From assembly GCA_963749155.1 (NCBI GenBank), contig CAVVLO010000005.1, positions 512,001 to 576,000 on the forward strand: a stretch of 64,000 nt of DNA. The letters are read 5' to 3'. The position numbers and the translations under genes were made by a program. The stretch is from an uncultured Armatimonadia bacterium. Lineage in GTDB: Bacteria > Armatimonadota > Zipacnadia > CAVVLO01. Below, piece after piece: positions 1-10,269 of the stretch; position 1 is the first letter of the stretch, and each line of letters opens with the position of its first letter. Under the pieces are notes generated by a model. That model ran no database searches and had not been told where the DNA came from. It saw only the letters and a list, made by a program, of their open reading frames with translations.

Positions 1-1136
1 CATACGCCAGGCCCAAAGGCGATGTGCCAGTCCTGTCCAGCGGCCGAATCCACGTGGAAGCGCTCCGGCTTCAGATAATAATCAACAAAGTAGAGGCCGA
101 GTGAAGCCTTAACTCGGTCGGCAAGGTCCTCAGGCAGAAAAGCCAGCGCCTTTGGATACCAGCTAGCTGCGAGCGCCGCCCAGCAGAAGTTATCCTCGCC
201 CCAGTCGTGTCCGAAAGAGTCAGCCGAAGGGAAGCGGCCTTCCATCGACGCTGTCAGATGATCTTGTGCCGCCGCGACAACTGGGTCGGTAGTACTCGGG
301 GGAAGCTGCCTCTGTGTCTCGTTCACATACTTCAACAATTTATGGGAGACAGTCACCGTGTCAGTGCCTTCGAGCGCTGTCCAGGGCCCATAGGGGGTCA
401 TACAGCTTGGCGAGACGACCTTGCCCGAGACTGTCGCCGGATAGCCGTAAAGCAGCGCCAGGCCAAGCACCGGCGGAACAGGGGCGGTCTTGACTGGTTT
501 CAGATTCCAGTCATTAGGGAGTTCCCTATAGGAATAGCGATAGGTTACTTCGAGGGTATCCTCGGCCGAGTTCACGCGGAAGCTCTGCTCGCACCCGGTG
601 GGGAAGGCCAGCAGCCACTTTGCCCAGCGGGAGGCCATCCTTTCCGCAGTTGGACGGTCATAAGGTTCGTTCAGAGCGAACTTGCGCGTCCCGAAGAGAG
701 GCATCACCGCCACGTGAGCGCCTGGTGTTTTGAAGGTCAGATGCAGTCCCTGAGGGCCAAGTCCGATTGTGTCCGGCTTGCGGTCAGGGACCAGCAGCCA
801 GGGGCAGTCCCAGTTATCGAAGCCCGCCGCCTCGTAGAAGTCCACCAGCAGCCAGGGCTCGGTGAGGGCCGCGCCGCGTAGCGCGTAGGGCGTGTTGCGC
901 CACATCACGCCCTCGGAGGTTGGATAGGCGAGGCGCGTCGGGGCCGAAAGCTCCCAGTCGGCCATATCCGCGAAGGCCCAGAAGTCCGTCGCCCGCACTT
1001 CGTAGAGCACGGCGGGGCAGACCTCGGATTGCAGCGCCACCAGCTTCGCATCGGCCGGCACTGCCTCGAGTCCGGTTTGCGCCAGCGCCAGACTGGCCAA
1101 GGTCAGGCTCAGCAAGGCTCCAATCAACCCTCTCAT
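1..1136 (-). CDS. Secreted hypothetical protein, 3' end truncated by the window edge
   Basis: Manual translation from ATG at 1136 (MRGLIGALLSLTLASLALAQTGLEAVPADAKL...) stays open to base 1. Signal peptide-like N-terminus; starts 2 nt after the upstream stop. Absent from the ORF track because no stop lies inside the window. Confidence 0.8.
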   Translation of the reverse strand, partial: MRGLIGALLSLTLASLALAQTGLEAVPADAKLVALQSEVCPAVLYEVRATDFWAFADMADWELSAPTRLAYPTSEGVMWRNTPYALRGAALTEPWLLVDFYEAAGFDNWDCPWLLVPDRKPDTIGLGPQGLHLTFKTPGAHVAVMPLFGTRKFALNEPYDRPTAERMASRWAKWLLAFPTGCEQSFRVNSAEDTLEVTYRYSYRELPNDWNLKPVKTAPVPPVLGLALLYGYPATVSGKVVSPSCMTPYGPWTALEGTDTVTVSHKLLKYVNETQRQLPPSTTDPVVAAAQDHLTASMEGRFPSADSFGHDWGEDNFCWAALAASWYPKALAFLPEDLADRVKASLGLYFVDYYLKPERFHVDSAAGQDWHIAFGPGV

Positions 1137-1138
1137 AC

Positions 1139-3649
1139 TCAACGCTCCATCTTGTGGAAGTGCTCGGTAAGCAGCGCGAGTTCGCGTTTCTGGGTCTCGG
1201 TCGCGAACCCGTCGCACAGATAGTCGCTCCAGATGATGCCAGGCGCCCCGCCCTCTTCATAAGTGGCCTTCCACCAGGGGTAGGCCGCCATCAGGCAGTG
1301 CACCATCATCCCTTTGCTTGGCTCGGACAGGTTGTAGTGGCGCTGGTATTCCCGGCCATAATGCGGATTGATGAGGATGTCCCTCATATGGTCGAATTGC
1401 GGCAGCAGCACGGGTATAACGCCGTTCGAGACCATCTCGCGCATCGCATCGCGCCACTCGGCTGCAGTGTAGGGCAGGGTCGTATAGTCGCTGTAGAAGT
1501 GCAGCGTGTCTCGCGCCTTCACCACAGAGTTGACCATCGCGTTGCGGCGCTGCGAATAGTAGACATGGCGCAGGTGCATCGAGTCGGACTTCCCATCGCC
1601 ATCTAGCACCAGGTTGGCCCCTTCGGTGCGCAATTCAAGCTCTGCCCCGGGGATGGCCTCGCCCAGCAGCGTGTTGGTCGCTTCGATAAAGTCCATCCTG
1701 AGCTCGGTGCGGAACACGTCCCAGTCCTCTGTCGCGGTATTCCACTCGTGGAAGGGGTGGTCATCCAGGTTGTAGACTGGCCCGTGAGTCATCCCGTCAC
1801 CTTCAACGCCCTGATTTTCCTGGGGATTGATGACCTCGAAGCTCTCGAAGCTGGTGCCCCAGGCGGTATTGAGGGCTTCCAGAGTGCCGTATTTGGCCTG
1901 CAGCCACTCTCGGAACTTCGCCAGGGTCAACGGTCCCGCCACATCGCGCACGTTGATGTCATCGCGCATCCAGCCCCAGGAGTCCTCCATATCTACCGGC
2001 ACCCGGCCGTCCCTGGTGCGGAACCACATATCACCCCAGCGGGTGTAGTTGAACTTCGCCCACGCCGCGACGACCTGCGCGGCTACCGGGTCAGCCAGGT
2101 CTACCGCGCCGTCCTCGTTAAGGACCGGTTGGGGCTTGAATCCGAGCAGCGGTTCGGCATTGTCATACCAGCCGATGCCCGCGGGTGGATAGACACTCCA
2201 GCCCATCAGCTTGACGCCAGGCTGCTGCCTGGCCACTGTGTCGTAAAAGTATTTATACTGGGCCGAAAGCGGCTCGACGCCCTCTCGACCGGTAAGCTCG
2301 CCCAGCCACCAGCCGCCACTCGTATTGGCGAAGACGTTCACTCCCAGGTCCGCCATCTCGGCCATCTCGGCCTTCAGGTGGTCTTCGGGATAAGGCCCAA
2401 GCTGGAGGCCTGTGCGCATCCCCGGCATCGCCTGGGCAACGAAGGCGGGTTGTTCTAGGCCGTCCTGCTCGACCACCATCACGTTGTCAGGATTGTAAGT
2501 GACATCGAGCGTCTCATCGCTAACCTCGATTGGCACCCGGACCAGCGCCAGCTCCTTCGGATCGGTCAGGATGAGCTTGAGCGCGATGTGCTTCGTCCAG
2601 GGGGCCACTTGCAAGTAGAAGGTGCCCTCTTGCTCGGTGGCAGCTTCGGCCCCCTCGTGGATGACGAAGCTGGTCATAAACTCCTCGAACCGGTCGAAGA
2701 GCCCAGGCATCGTCTCATAGGTGGCGCTGCTTGCGTGGAGAGTCGGCTCGATTGGCGTCTCTCCGCCTTCGGCCCTCACTTTGAAGGGCATTGAAAGCAG
2801 GGCGTATTCAGCGCCGCCCCAGATATTGATGCCCCAGTTATAGTCCCGGTTGTAGCGGTAGACCATCCGGAACTCCAGCTTGTAATCGCCCTCTTTTAGC
2901 CCGTGATTGAACTCTCCACCGAACTGGGGGCACCAGAAATGCACCCATTCTTCGACCGAATCGCCGGGGTAGAGATACTCCAGTTGGCGCTCGAAGAGGT
3001 TTATGGGCTGGGCGTACCACTCTTCTTTCCCCTCCGCGTCCAGCTTGCGCAGGATTGGCGCAAGGAAACTCGCCCCGAAACCTTCCGGGTCAAGAATTGT
3101 GTCCCCCGTATTGGTGAGGCGCACCTTCAACCATATCAGCGGGGCCGGCTTGATGGTGGAAGAAAGGAGGAGGTCCTCCCGCTTGAAAGGCGGATAGGGG
3201 CTGACTGGCGCCTTGGCGTCGGGCGTCATCGAGATGTAAGTCTCGGGAGTGTATTCGGCGCTGACGCTGCCCAGATACTCGATGTCCATCGCCATCTTGC
3301 CCGGTATGGCCAGGTCGTAAAGGGCCTGATTTCCTGCTTTGGCCGGGTCTTCGAAGGCCACGGCTTCAACCGCTGCAAGGCGCGCGCCAGCCGGCTGAGT
3401 CAGCCTGTATCTGATTGGTATGACATCATAAGCGCGAGCTTTTCTTGGTAGCTCATAACTGAGGGTATAGTCGCCCAGTCGCACTTGGCCACCGGCCATC
3501 GGGGCATCCCGATATAAGTCAAGCTGGCCGGACTTGCGCGCGGCCTCGGAAAGCGGGGTGTAACTGACTCTTGGCCCAGCGTTGCCGGCAACGGCACAGA
3601 GAGCCACGGCTCCAACCGCGAAGGGCAGCATAACAGCAGTAATATTCAT
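1139..3649 (-). CDS. Secreted putative glycoside hydrolase (GH42/beta-galactosidase-like segment)
   Basis: 836 aa with signal peptide; FREWLQAKYGTLEALNTAWGTSFESF matches the GH42-type helical motif. Confidence 0.65.
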   Translation of the reverse strand: MNITAVMLPFAVGAVALCAVAGNAGPRVSYTPLSEAARKSGQLDLYRDAPMAGGQVRLGDYTLSYELPRKARAYDVIPIRYRLTQPAGARLAAVEAVAFEDPAKAGNQALYDLAIPGKMAMDIEYLGSVSAEYTPETYISMTPDAKAPVSPYPPFKREDLLLSSTIKPAPLIWLKVRLTNTGDTILDPEGFGASFLAPILRKLDAEGKEEWYAQPINLFERQLEYLYPGDSVEEWVHFWCPQFGGEFNHGLKEGDYKLEFRMVYRYNRDYNWGINIWGGAEYALLSMPFKVRAEGGETPIEPTLHASSATYETMPGLFDRFEEFMTSFVIHEGAEAATEQEGTFYLQVAPWTKHIALKLILTDPKELALVRVPIEVSDETLDVTYNPDNVMVVEQDGLEQPAFVAQAMPGMRTGLQLGPYPEDHLKAEMAEMADLGVNVFANTSGGWWLGELTGREGVEPLSAQYKYFYDTVARQQPGVKLMGWSVYPPAGIGWYDNAEPLLGFKPQPVLNEDGAVDLADPVAAQVVAAWAKFNYTRWGDMWFRTRDGRVPVDMEDSWGWMRDDINVRDVAGPLTLAKFREWLQAKYGTLEALNTAWGTSFESFEVINPQENQGVEGDGMTHGPVYNLDDHPFHEWNTATEDWDVFRTELRMDFIEATNTLLGEAIPGAELELRTEGANLVLDGDGKSDSMHLRHVYYSQRRNAMVNSVVKARDTLHFYSDYTTLPYTAAEWRDAMREMVSNGVIPVLLPQFDHMRDILINPHYGREYQRHYNLSEPSKGMMVHCLMAAYPWWKATYEEGGAPGIIWSDYLCDGFATETQKRELALLTEHFHKMER

Positions 3650-3662
3650 TTGAAGGCCTCCA

Positions 3663-5240
3663 TCAACCTGTTATCTCGATTTCTTCCCAGTTTGCGAGCC
3701 GTCTAATAGCCATTTTGGTGATAATCCACAGGGCAAGCACAGGCAGACCCAGTGCCAGCATCAGGCCAGCCAGCGTGCCAGCCAGCCAGAGAGGCGAGCT
3801 GGTCAGTTGCTGCCAGAACAGGGGCAACACCGTAGCTGGAAGGATGAGCAATCCACTAATCAACATCCCGAGCAGATAATGCGCGAGCATCCCGCCACAG
3901 CCCACAGCGCGGTTTGGATCATCGGCTGTCCAGTTGCCCGAGATGGCGCCAAGGCAAATCCCAAGCCAGGTCAGCGCCGCGGAAGCAAGCAACACACTGA
4001 CCAGTGAGTAGCCAAGCTGAAGGGGTGTGGCCCTGGTTATTATCGCCGTAGCCAGGGTAATCACCAGGGTTAGAACGGCTACCATCATCAGGCCGAACTG
4101 AAATTTGCCAGTAATCAACTGCCCCTCCGTCAACGGGGCGGATTTGAGCAGCGAGAGCCCTCGCCCCTCGGAGGGCAATAAGGGCAAGGCCATATTGAGC
4201 GAAAGCATCAGAGCGGTCAGAGTGCCAAAGAGAGGCACGGCGATGAAGCCTGGCGTGCCCTGGCCGCTATCCAGATTGAGGCTGTACAGCATAAACCCCA
4301 GCACGAGGACAGGCATCAGCAAACCGGTCAGCCGTCTTGGTTCCCTCATAAGGGTAACCCACTCTTTATGCCATCTGGCGCCTGCGCCTGTGAGGGGTCT
4401 TCTGCCGACTTTATGATGGACTTTGCTGACCTGCTTGGCCGAAGTGATTCCCCTAAGCGCGAAGAGGGCAAAGGCCCACCAGGCCAGACGCATAGCAACC
4501 AGAGTCGCCGCCACGAGGAGTAGCAGTTGATCCCAGGGCACAGGAGCGCCGGTTGCCACTGCCCACAGTGGGGCATAGCCCCAGGCGACGGGCGGGGTGT
4601 TGGTCAGCCCCGAGATAAGCGTAAAGGCTGTTTTGCCGGCGGCGCTCTCTCCGAACTGGGTTGCCAGGGCCATATACAGAGGGAAGAAAATGACCATCGC
4701 GAGGAAACCTGCGAAGGCATTGAGTTTGCCCGGCGCGATCAGGCCTCCCGCCAGCAGCGCCACTGCCATTGCCAGGGAGTTCAATAGCGCCGCAAGTAGC
4801 CCCAGCACTAGCAAGCCAAGCAGCAGAAAGGCCAGCCCCTGACTTCCGAAAAAGGTGTAGGAGGCGAGGCTGAAGGTTACCAGCAGCAGCAAGGGCCAGG
4901 CGCCCCAGATTGTGTCAGTCAGCTTCACAAGGAATACCTGGCGCGTGGTGAGCGGGGCGGCCATTATGAGGTCGAGGTCTCCTGCCAGGAAGAGGGTATG
5001 AAGCGAGGTCGCAGGCGCCATTGACAGCAATATCAGGCTGCTCACGCCAAAAAGCCTGGGCAAGGCGAATTCCAGATCACCCCAACTGGCCATCCTCATT
5101 GCGATCAGGAAACCATAGAAGCCCATAAAGCCAACGCCCAGCAGATAGAGCAGCGCTCCCTTCCAGCCCAGTCTGCCGCGGATGAGCCCGTTAAGCCAGG
5201 CTTGCCAGCGCGCCTTGAATATGGCCTTGATTGGACTCAC
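3663..5240 (-). CDS. ABC-2 type exporter permease
   Basis: 525 aa polytopic membrane protein (DLDLIMAAPL, EGRGLSLLKSAP motifs); overlaps the ABC ATPase stop. Confidence 0.85.
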   Translation of the reverse strand: MSPIKAIFKARWQAWLNGLIRGRLGWKGALLYLLGVGFMGFYGFLIAMRMASWGDLEFALPRLFGVSSLILLSMAPATSLHTLFLAGDLDLIMAAPLTTRQVFLVKLTDTIWGAWPLLLLVTFSLASYTFFGSQGLAFLLLGLLVLGLLAALLNSLAMAVALLAGGLIAPGKLNAFAGFLAMVIFFPLYMALATQFGESAAGKTAFTLISGLTNTPPVAWGYAPLWAVATGAPVPWDQLLLLVAATLVAMRLAWWAFALFALRGITSAKQVSKVHHKVGRRPLTGAGARWHKEWVTLMREPRRLTGLLMPVLVLGFMLYSLNLDSGQGTPGFIAVPLFGTLTALMLSLNMALPLLPSEGRGLSLLKSAPLTEGQLITGKFQFGLMMVAVLTLVITLATAIITRATPLQLGYSLVSVLLASAALTWLGICLGAISGNWTADDPNRAVGCGGMLAHYLLGMLISGLLILPATVLPLFWQQLTSSPLWLAGTLAGLMLALGLPVLALWIITKMAIRRLANWEEIEITG

Positions 5241-5998
5241 TGATCGCTTCCCTCGCCGAGGATCCGCGCCAGATCCTGTACCTCGGCCCCGCCTGTGACC
5301 TCGAGGAATATCTCCTCAAGCGAAGCGTCTTTGCCCTGGCGCAGTTCTTCCATCGTGCCAAGGGCCGCCAGTTTGCCCTGATAGATAATGCCGACCCGGT
5401 CGCACATCTGCTGGGCGACTTCGAGGATATGGGTGGACATCAGCACGGTCTTGCCGCGCGCGCAAAGCCCCTTGAGCAAGTCTTTGACCGTGCGGGCGGC
5501 GCGCGGGTCGAGGCCATTTGTCGGCTCGTCCAGCAGCAGCACTTGCGGGTCGTGCACCAGCAGCGCGATAAGCCCCAGTTTCTGTTTCATCCCCTGGCTG
5601 TAGCCTTCGGCCAGCAAGTCCTGGTCTTTTTCCAGCCCGAGCAGGCTGACGAAACGCTCTCTGCGCGCGTCCACTTCCTGCCAGGGCACCCCGTAAAGGC
5701 TGCCCACCAGCTCGATGAACTCCCTGCCCGAGAGCTTGGGATAGAGATAGGGCTGCTCCGCCAGATAACCTGAAACGCGCTTTACACCCATTGCGTCGGT
5801 CTTGAGGTCGTGGCCCGCGATGAGGGCCGACCCCGAGGTAGGCGCAAGCAGGGTCGCCAGCATCCGCAAGGTTGTCGTCTTGCCTGCGCCATTAGGCCCC
5901 AAAAAGCCAAACAGTTCGCCCGGCTGGACCTCGAAGCTGAGGTTGTCGACAGCCCGCTTGGGGCCGAAATCTTTCGTTAGCGCCTCTAGCCTTATCAT
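5237..5998 (-). CDS. ABC transporter ATP-binding protein
   Basis: Walker A GPNGAGKTT, signature YSQGMKQK, Walker B LLLDEP, H-loop STH. Confidence 0.95.
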   Translation of the reverse strand: MIRLEALTKDFGPKRAVDNLSFEVQPGELFGFLGPNGAGKTTTLRMLATLLAPTSGSALIAGHDLKTDAMGVKRVSGYLAEQPYLYPKLSGREFIELVGSLYGVPWQEVDARRERFVSLLGLEKDQDLLAEGYSQGMKQKLGLIALLVHDPQVLLLDEPTNGLDPRAARTVKDLLKGLCARGKTVLMSTHILEVAQQMCDRVGIIYQGKLAALGTMEELRQGKDASLEEIFLEVTGGAEVQDLARILGEGSDQ

Positions 5999-6894
5999 CC
6001 AGCCTGCTCCTCTCTGCCCGCGGGGCCAAGTTTGCGCATCACTTTCAGCAGCGCCTGGGTGCCCTGCTCGGACTCGCCCGCTGCCTCAAGAGAGGCGAAA
6101 AGCTGATTCACCAGCGCGGTGCCGGGCACAGGCTGGTGGACCGAAGCGGCGGCAGAAAGCGCGATGCGCAAGTCTTTCTGCTTCAGTTTGACACGGAAGC
6201 CAGGCTCAAAGTCGCCGGCGATAGCGCGCGGCGCCAGGTTGGAGAGCATCCACGAGGCCGCCGAACCTTTGGTGATGACCGAAAGCACCTGCTCCAGGTC
6301 GAGGCCTAGTTGCTCAGCCAAGGCAAGCCCTTCGGCCCAGGCGAGGATATTGAGCCCGCAGACCACCTGGTTGACCAGCTTGAAGGACTGCCCAGCGCCT
6401 ACCGGCCCGCAATGGGTTATAGTCTTGCCCAGCACCTCGAACAAGGGCTTCAGCCTGCGAAAATCAGGCTCAGGCCCGCCTGCCATTATGGAAAGGGTGC
6501 CTTCGATGGCGCCGCGTTCGCCACCACTTACCGGAGCGTCAAGAAAGGCTACGCCAAGCGGGGCACAAAGCGCTTCGATTTCTCTTGCCACGACCGGCGC
6601 GATGGTGCTCATATCCACCACCACCAGGCCAGGTCGCGCCTCGGACAGTACTCCCTGGGGGCCTTCGAGCACTGCCTTCACATCAGGGCCATCTCCAACC
6701 ATCGTGATGACCACATCGCTGGCCCGGGCTACTTCGGCTGGCGCAGTGGCTGACTTTGCGCCCAGCTCTACCAAAGGCGCCTGCTTGGACGCGGTTCTAT
6801 TCCAGACCGTAACCGGATATCCAGCCGCAAGCAGTCTTTCGGCCATTGGCTTGCCCATTACTCCAAGTCCAATTATCCCAACGCGGGGGTTCAT
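5995..6894 (-). CDS. NAD(P)-dependent beta-hydroxyacid dehydrogenase (3-hydroxyisobutyrate dehydrogenase / tartronate semialdehyde reductase family)
   Basis: GIIGLGVMG, DAPVSGG and KLVNQ motifs; start set at ATG 6894 from the GGAGG RBS at 6903-6907. Confidence 0.9.
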   Translation of the reverse strand: MNPRVGIIGLGVMGKPMAERLLAAGYPVTVWNRTASKQAPLVELGAKSATAPAEVARASDVVITMVGDGPDVKAVLEGPQGVLSEARPGLVVVDMSTIAPVVAREIEALCAPLGVAFLDAPVSGGERGAIEGTLSIMAGGPEPDFRRLKPLFEVLGKTITHCGPVGAGQSFKLVNQVVCGLNILAWAEGLALAEQLGLDLEQVLSVITKGSAASWMLSNLAPRAIAGDFEPGFRVKLKQKDLRIALSAAASVHQPVPGTALVNQLFASLEAAGESEQGTQALLKVMRKLGPAGREEQAG

Positions 6895-6918
6895 CTCCAT
6901 CGCCTCCAGCCCGGGAGT

Positions 6919-6946
6919 GTTCGCCCAAAGTGGGCATTCCTCCTGC
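6919..6946 (-). promoter_or_regulatory. Sigma-H-like promoter (GCAGGA-N18-GAAC)
   Basis: Motif lies upstream of the dehydrogenase gene and recurs at other gene starts in the window. Confidence 0.4.
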
Positions 6947-7001
6947 CCTTCTGTTATCCTTAGGCCTGTCGCAAATACGAACCAGGTCGAGAGGACAGAG
7001 A

Positions 7002-8126
7002 ATGCCGCAGCCAAGATTTGTGGTGCCTGAAGAATTCGATGAGTTGATGGAGTTGCTCAATCGAGTCTTCCGGCTGGACAGGGGCGACAGGCCAAACTAT
7101 CTGCGCATGTACAAGCCTGCCTATCGCAAGACCGAATGCGGCAATCATCTGGTCGTCCTGTATGGGCATCGGTTGGTCAGTCATGTCGGGCTCTATCCTC
7201 GCAAGGCTTTTTACGATGGCGCCCTGCTGGAGGTAGCTGCCATTGGGGGCGTCGGCACCGATCAGAATCATCGAGGCCGAGGTTACGCGGGCACCTTGAT
7301 GGCCGAGACGATGCGCCAGCTTGGTTTACGCGGAGTGGACGTCGCCATCCTTTGGACAGGGCTTAAAGATTTTTACGAGCCTTTCGGTTTTGTTAAGGCA
7401 GGCCAAAGCAACAAGTGGAACTTGCCCAAGAGCGCGCTCAAAAAAATAAAGACTCCCAAAGTGACGCCCTGTCTCTACAAGGGAGAACTGCTTTTTGCCC
7501 ATTCGATGCTGCAACTGCACGAGCAGGAGCCCCTTCGACTTGGACGCAGTCAGGCTGACTTCGAGGAGTGGCTTGTCTTCGAGCTAAATCGCACCTGGTT
7601 TACCTGGGAAGAGCATCGGGCTACTTCGTATGTTGTCATCCGAAGCGATTATCAGGATCAGGGCTGTGAGCTGCGCGAGTGGGGAGGCGATCCGGCGCGC
7701 GCTTTGGCGCTTCTCAAGCAGGTGAGCCGCGAGTATTCGGGCGCCGAAATACGCCTGGCTACGCCCCCTGGCTACAGCGCGCTTGCAGAATTGCTGCAGG
7801 CTAATGACCTGGAACCCCATCTCGGCATCCACGGGCATATCGCCGTCCTGAGCGGGCAATCCACACTGGACAAATATCGCCCCTTGTTGCTGGACAGAGC
7901 GCAGGTAGCGGGGGTAAGCGGCAAATTCCATTTCAGCGTGCCTGGACTGGGAGAGCTTGCTCTCGACCTCGGCCCCGGCGAGGACTATCACTTCGACTGT
8001 GATCGCAGCGAGTTTACCCGCGCGCTCTTTGGGAATCCGGATATGCCAGTGGACTCTGACCGCTGGGCGCCCCTTGCTGGTGTGCTCCCAGTGCCTTTCT
8101 GGTGGAATCCACTGGACGCCATCTAA
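7002..8126 (+). CDS. GNAT family N-acetyltransferase (Eis-like)
   Basis: AIGGVGTDQNHRGRGYAGTLM acetyl-CoA motif and FYEPFGF; ATG 7002 follows GAGGA. Confidence 0.85.
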   Translation: MPQPRFVVPEEFDELMELLNRVFRLDRGDRPNYLRMYKPAYRKTECGNHLVVLYGHRLVSHVGLYPRKAFYDGALLEVAAIGGVGTDQNHRGRGYAGTLMAETMRQLGLRGVDVAILWTGLKDFYEPFGFVKAGQSNKWNLPKSALKKIKTPKVTPCLYKGELLFAHSMLQLHEQEPLRLGRSQADFEEWLVFELNRTWFTWEEHRATSYVVIRSDYQDQGCELREWGGDPARALALLKQVSREYSGAEIRLATPPGYSALAELLQANDLEPHLGIHGHIAVLSGQSTLDKYRPLLLDRAQVAGVSGKFHFSVPGLGELALDLGPGEDYHFDCDRSEFTRALFGNPDMPVDSDRWAPLAGVLPVPFWWNPLDAI

Positions 8127-8220
8127 CTGGAATATCTCTTGAATTGTGGCGGCTTTCCTGTTAGCCTCTTGCAGGTTAGGCAAGTCTCTTGAGCGTTGCG
8201 CACTAGTCCTGGAGAGGCAG

Positions 8221-10188
8221 ATGGCCCAAGTCGAAATCCCAGACCAGCACCAGCCTCGCGCTGGCCTTGTAGAGCTGGCAAGTCGCGCCATTACCTGGCG
8301 CAGTCTTGTCATCGCGCTTGTGCTAATGCCCTTCTGTGCCATCTGGCAGACCTACCGGCTGGGCGATGGCATCCTCTCACTGCTTGTAGCTCCTACTGCG
8401 ACGACCTTCTTCGTAGCTTTGATTAACCTGGGCCTGCTGCGTTTTACGCCTCGCTGGGCGCTTTCGGCTGGCGAGCTTGGCGCCATCTACACTTATCTCT
8501 CCATCGGCTGTGGCATCGCCAGCGAATGGACTTACCCCGTCTCCGTCGTGATGAGCTGGTTCACACTGCACGGCAATGCCAGCAACCGCTTCTATGACAA
8601 TATAGCTTCCTATCTGCCCGACTGGTGCACCATCAAGGATCCCAACCTGCTCAAAGGCTATATGGATGGGGCGGGAATCGAGTATTTCTACCAGCTCGAT
8701 CATTTCGTCCCCTGGATGGTGAAGTTCCTCCCCTGGGGCGGCTTCATCTTCGCGATGGCCTTCACGATGCTTTGCATCAATGTGCTGATGCGGGAAGAAT
8801 GGACCCGGCGCGAGCGCCTCAGTTTCCCCATCCTGCAGGTGCCACTTGCCATCATAGGGGCGGGGGAGAGGCGCGGCACGCTGCGCACCAAGGCCCTCTG
8901 GATAGGCTTTGCGATCGGCTTCTTCATTGACGCCTATATTGGCGCAGCCAGATTCATCCCCAGCCTGCCAGCGCCCAACCTGCGCAACATCGATATGGGC
9001 GCCTGGTTCGTGAATCCGCCGCTCAATGGGCTGGGCTTCACGCCGCTTTCGCTTTACCCTTTCATTATCGCGCTATCTTTCTTCCTGCCTCTCGACCTGT
9101 CTTTCTCGACCTGGTTCTTCTACCTCATCCGGAGGATAGAGCAGGTCATCGCAATCGCCTACGGCCAGCCAGGGGGCGTCTTCCTGGGGATGACCGCGGC
9201 CAGCCAGCCGCCCTACCTTACTCAGCAGTCGCTGGGCGCCTGGACTACCCTCTTCGTGCTCTTCCTTTGGCTTGGCAGAGAGCATCTCGGGCATGTCTGG
9301 GAGAACGTCCGGCGAGGTAAACCCATCCAGGAGCATATGCCTTTTGTCTCCTACAGGCTGACTTTTATCCTGATGCTGGTTGGTTTTGGGGGCTTGCTGG
9401 TCTGGTCCGCTTTGTTGCAGTTGCCCTTGCTCTTTATGGCTATCTACTTTGGCCTCTTTATCGCCCTCTCGGTTGCCGTCACGCGGATGCGCGCCGAGCT
9501 TGGCCCACCGACCCATGAGATGGCCTTTATGACCGTCAACACTTTTATGCTCAACACCGTCGGCACCAGCTTCATAACCGAACGGATGTCCGCCATATTG
9601 CCGACTTTTGTCTTTATGAATCGCGTCTACCGCAGCCATCCGATGCCCCATCAGCTCGAGGGGATGAAACTCGCCGAAGAGACTGGCTCCCTCCATTGGC
9701 GCTTCTTCGCGGGGATGGCAATAATGATGGCCGCGGCCCTAATCATAGGCCATTGGTCTTATGTCCATCGCGACTATGATATGGCCTTCGCCACTCGCGC
9801 CGACTGGATGGGCGGCGAGATTATGTACATCATCAACGACTGGCGCAACAATCCCAAAGGCGCCAACTGGATAGCCATCCCCTTCATCGGCCTGGGCGCT
9901 CTAATTACGGCTTTGCTGGCCCTTGCGCGCTGGCGCTTCTCCTGGTGGCCCTTCCATCCGGCCGGCTTCGCCCTCGCGATGAACTTCGGCGTGGATTACT
10001 TCTGGACCGCGATGTTTATCGCCTGGCTCGCCAAGAAGCTTGTCCTGCGCTTCGGAGGCCTGCGCCTCTACAAGCAGACCTTGCCCTATATGATTGGCGT
10101 TGTGCTGGGTGAATACGCCTGCGCGGCCATCTGGAGCTGGGTCTACATCATCTACAAGGTCAACACCTACAGCTTCTCAATCAACTGA
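8221..10188 (+). CDS. DUF6785/DUF6784 family polytopic membrane protein (putative peptide transporter)
   Basis: WTRRERLSFP, TRMRAELG, WWPFHPAG and LRFGG motifs; about 16 hydrophobic segments; ATG 8221 follows GGAGAGG. Confidence 0.8.
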   Translation: MAQVEIPDQHQPRAGLVELASRAITWRSLVIALVLMPFCAIWQTYRLGDGILSLLVAPTATTFFVALINLGLLRFTPRWALSAGELGAIYTYLSIGCGIASEWTYPVSVVMSWFTLHGNASNRFYDNIASYLPDWCTIKDPNLLKGYMDGAGIEYFYQLDHFVPWMVKFLPWGGFIFAMAFTMLCINVLMREEWTRRERLSFPILQVPLAIIGAGERRGTLRTKALWIGFAIGFFIDAYIGAARFIPSLPAPNLRNIDMGAWFVNPPLNGLGFTPLSLYPFIIALSFFLPLDLSFSTWFFYLIRRIEQVIAIAYGQPGGVFLGMTAASQPPYLTQQSLGAWTTLFVLFLWLGREHLGHVWENVRRGKPIQEHMPFVSYRLTFILMLVGFGGLLVWSALLQLPLLFMAIYFGLFIALSVAVTRMRAELGPPTHEMAFMTVNTFMLNTVGTSFITERMSAILPTFVFMNRVYRSHPMPHQLEGMKLAEETGSLHWRFFAGMAIMMAAALIIGHWSYVHRDYDMAFATRADWMGGEIMYIINDWRNNPKGANWIAIPFIGLGALITALLALARWRFSWWPFHPAGFALAMNFGVDYFWTAMFIAWLAKKLVLRFGGLRLYKQTLPYMIGVVLGEYACAAIWSWVYIIYKVNTYSFSIN

Positions 10189-10203
10189 CCTCGCCAGGTT
10201 CAG

Positions 10204-10230
10204 GCAGGAAGCCCTTTCCCCAGCGCGAAT
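10204..10230 (+). promoter_or_regulatory. Sigma-H-like promoter (GCAGGA-N17-GAAT)
   Basis: Matches the Bacillus sigma-H layout AGGA-N17-GAAT, 40 nt upstream of the creatininase-family start. Confidence 0.55.
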
Positions 10231-10269
10231 AGCGCGCCCAAAGTCATATATTTTGGAGGGAAGCCTGCT

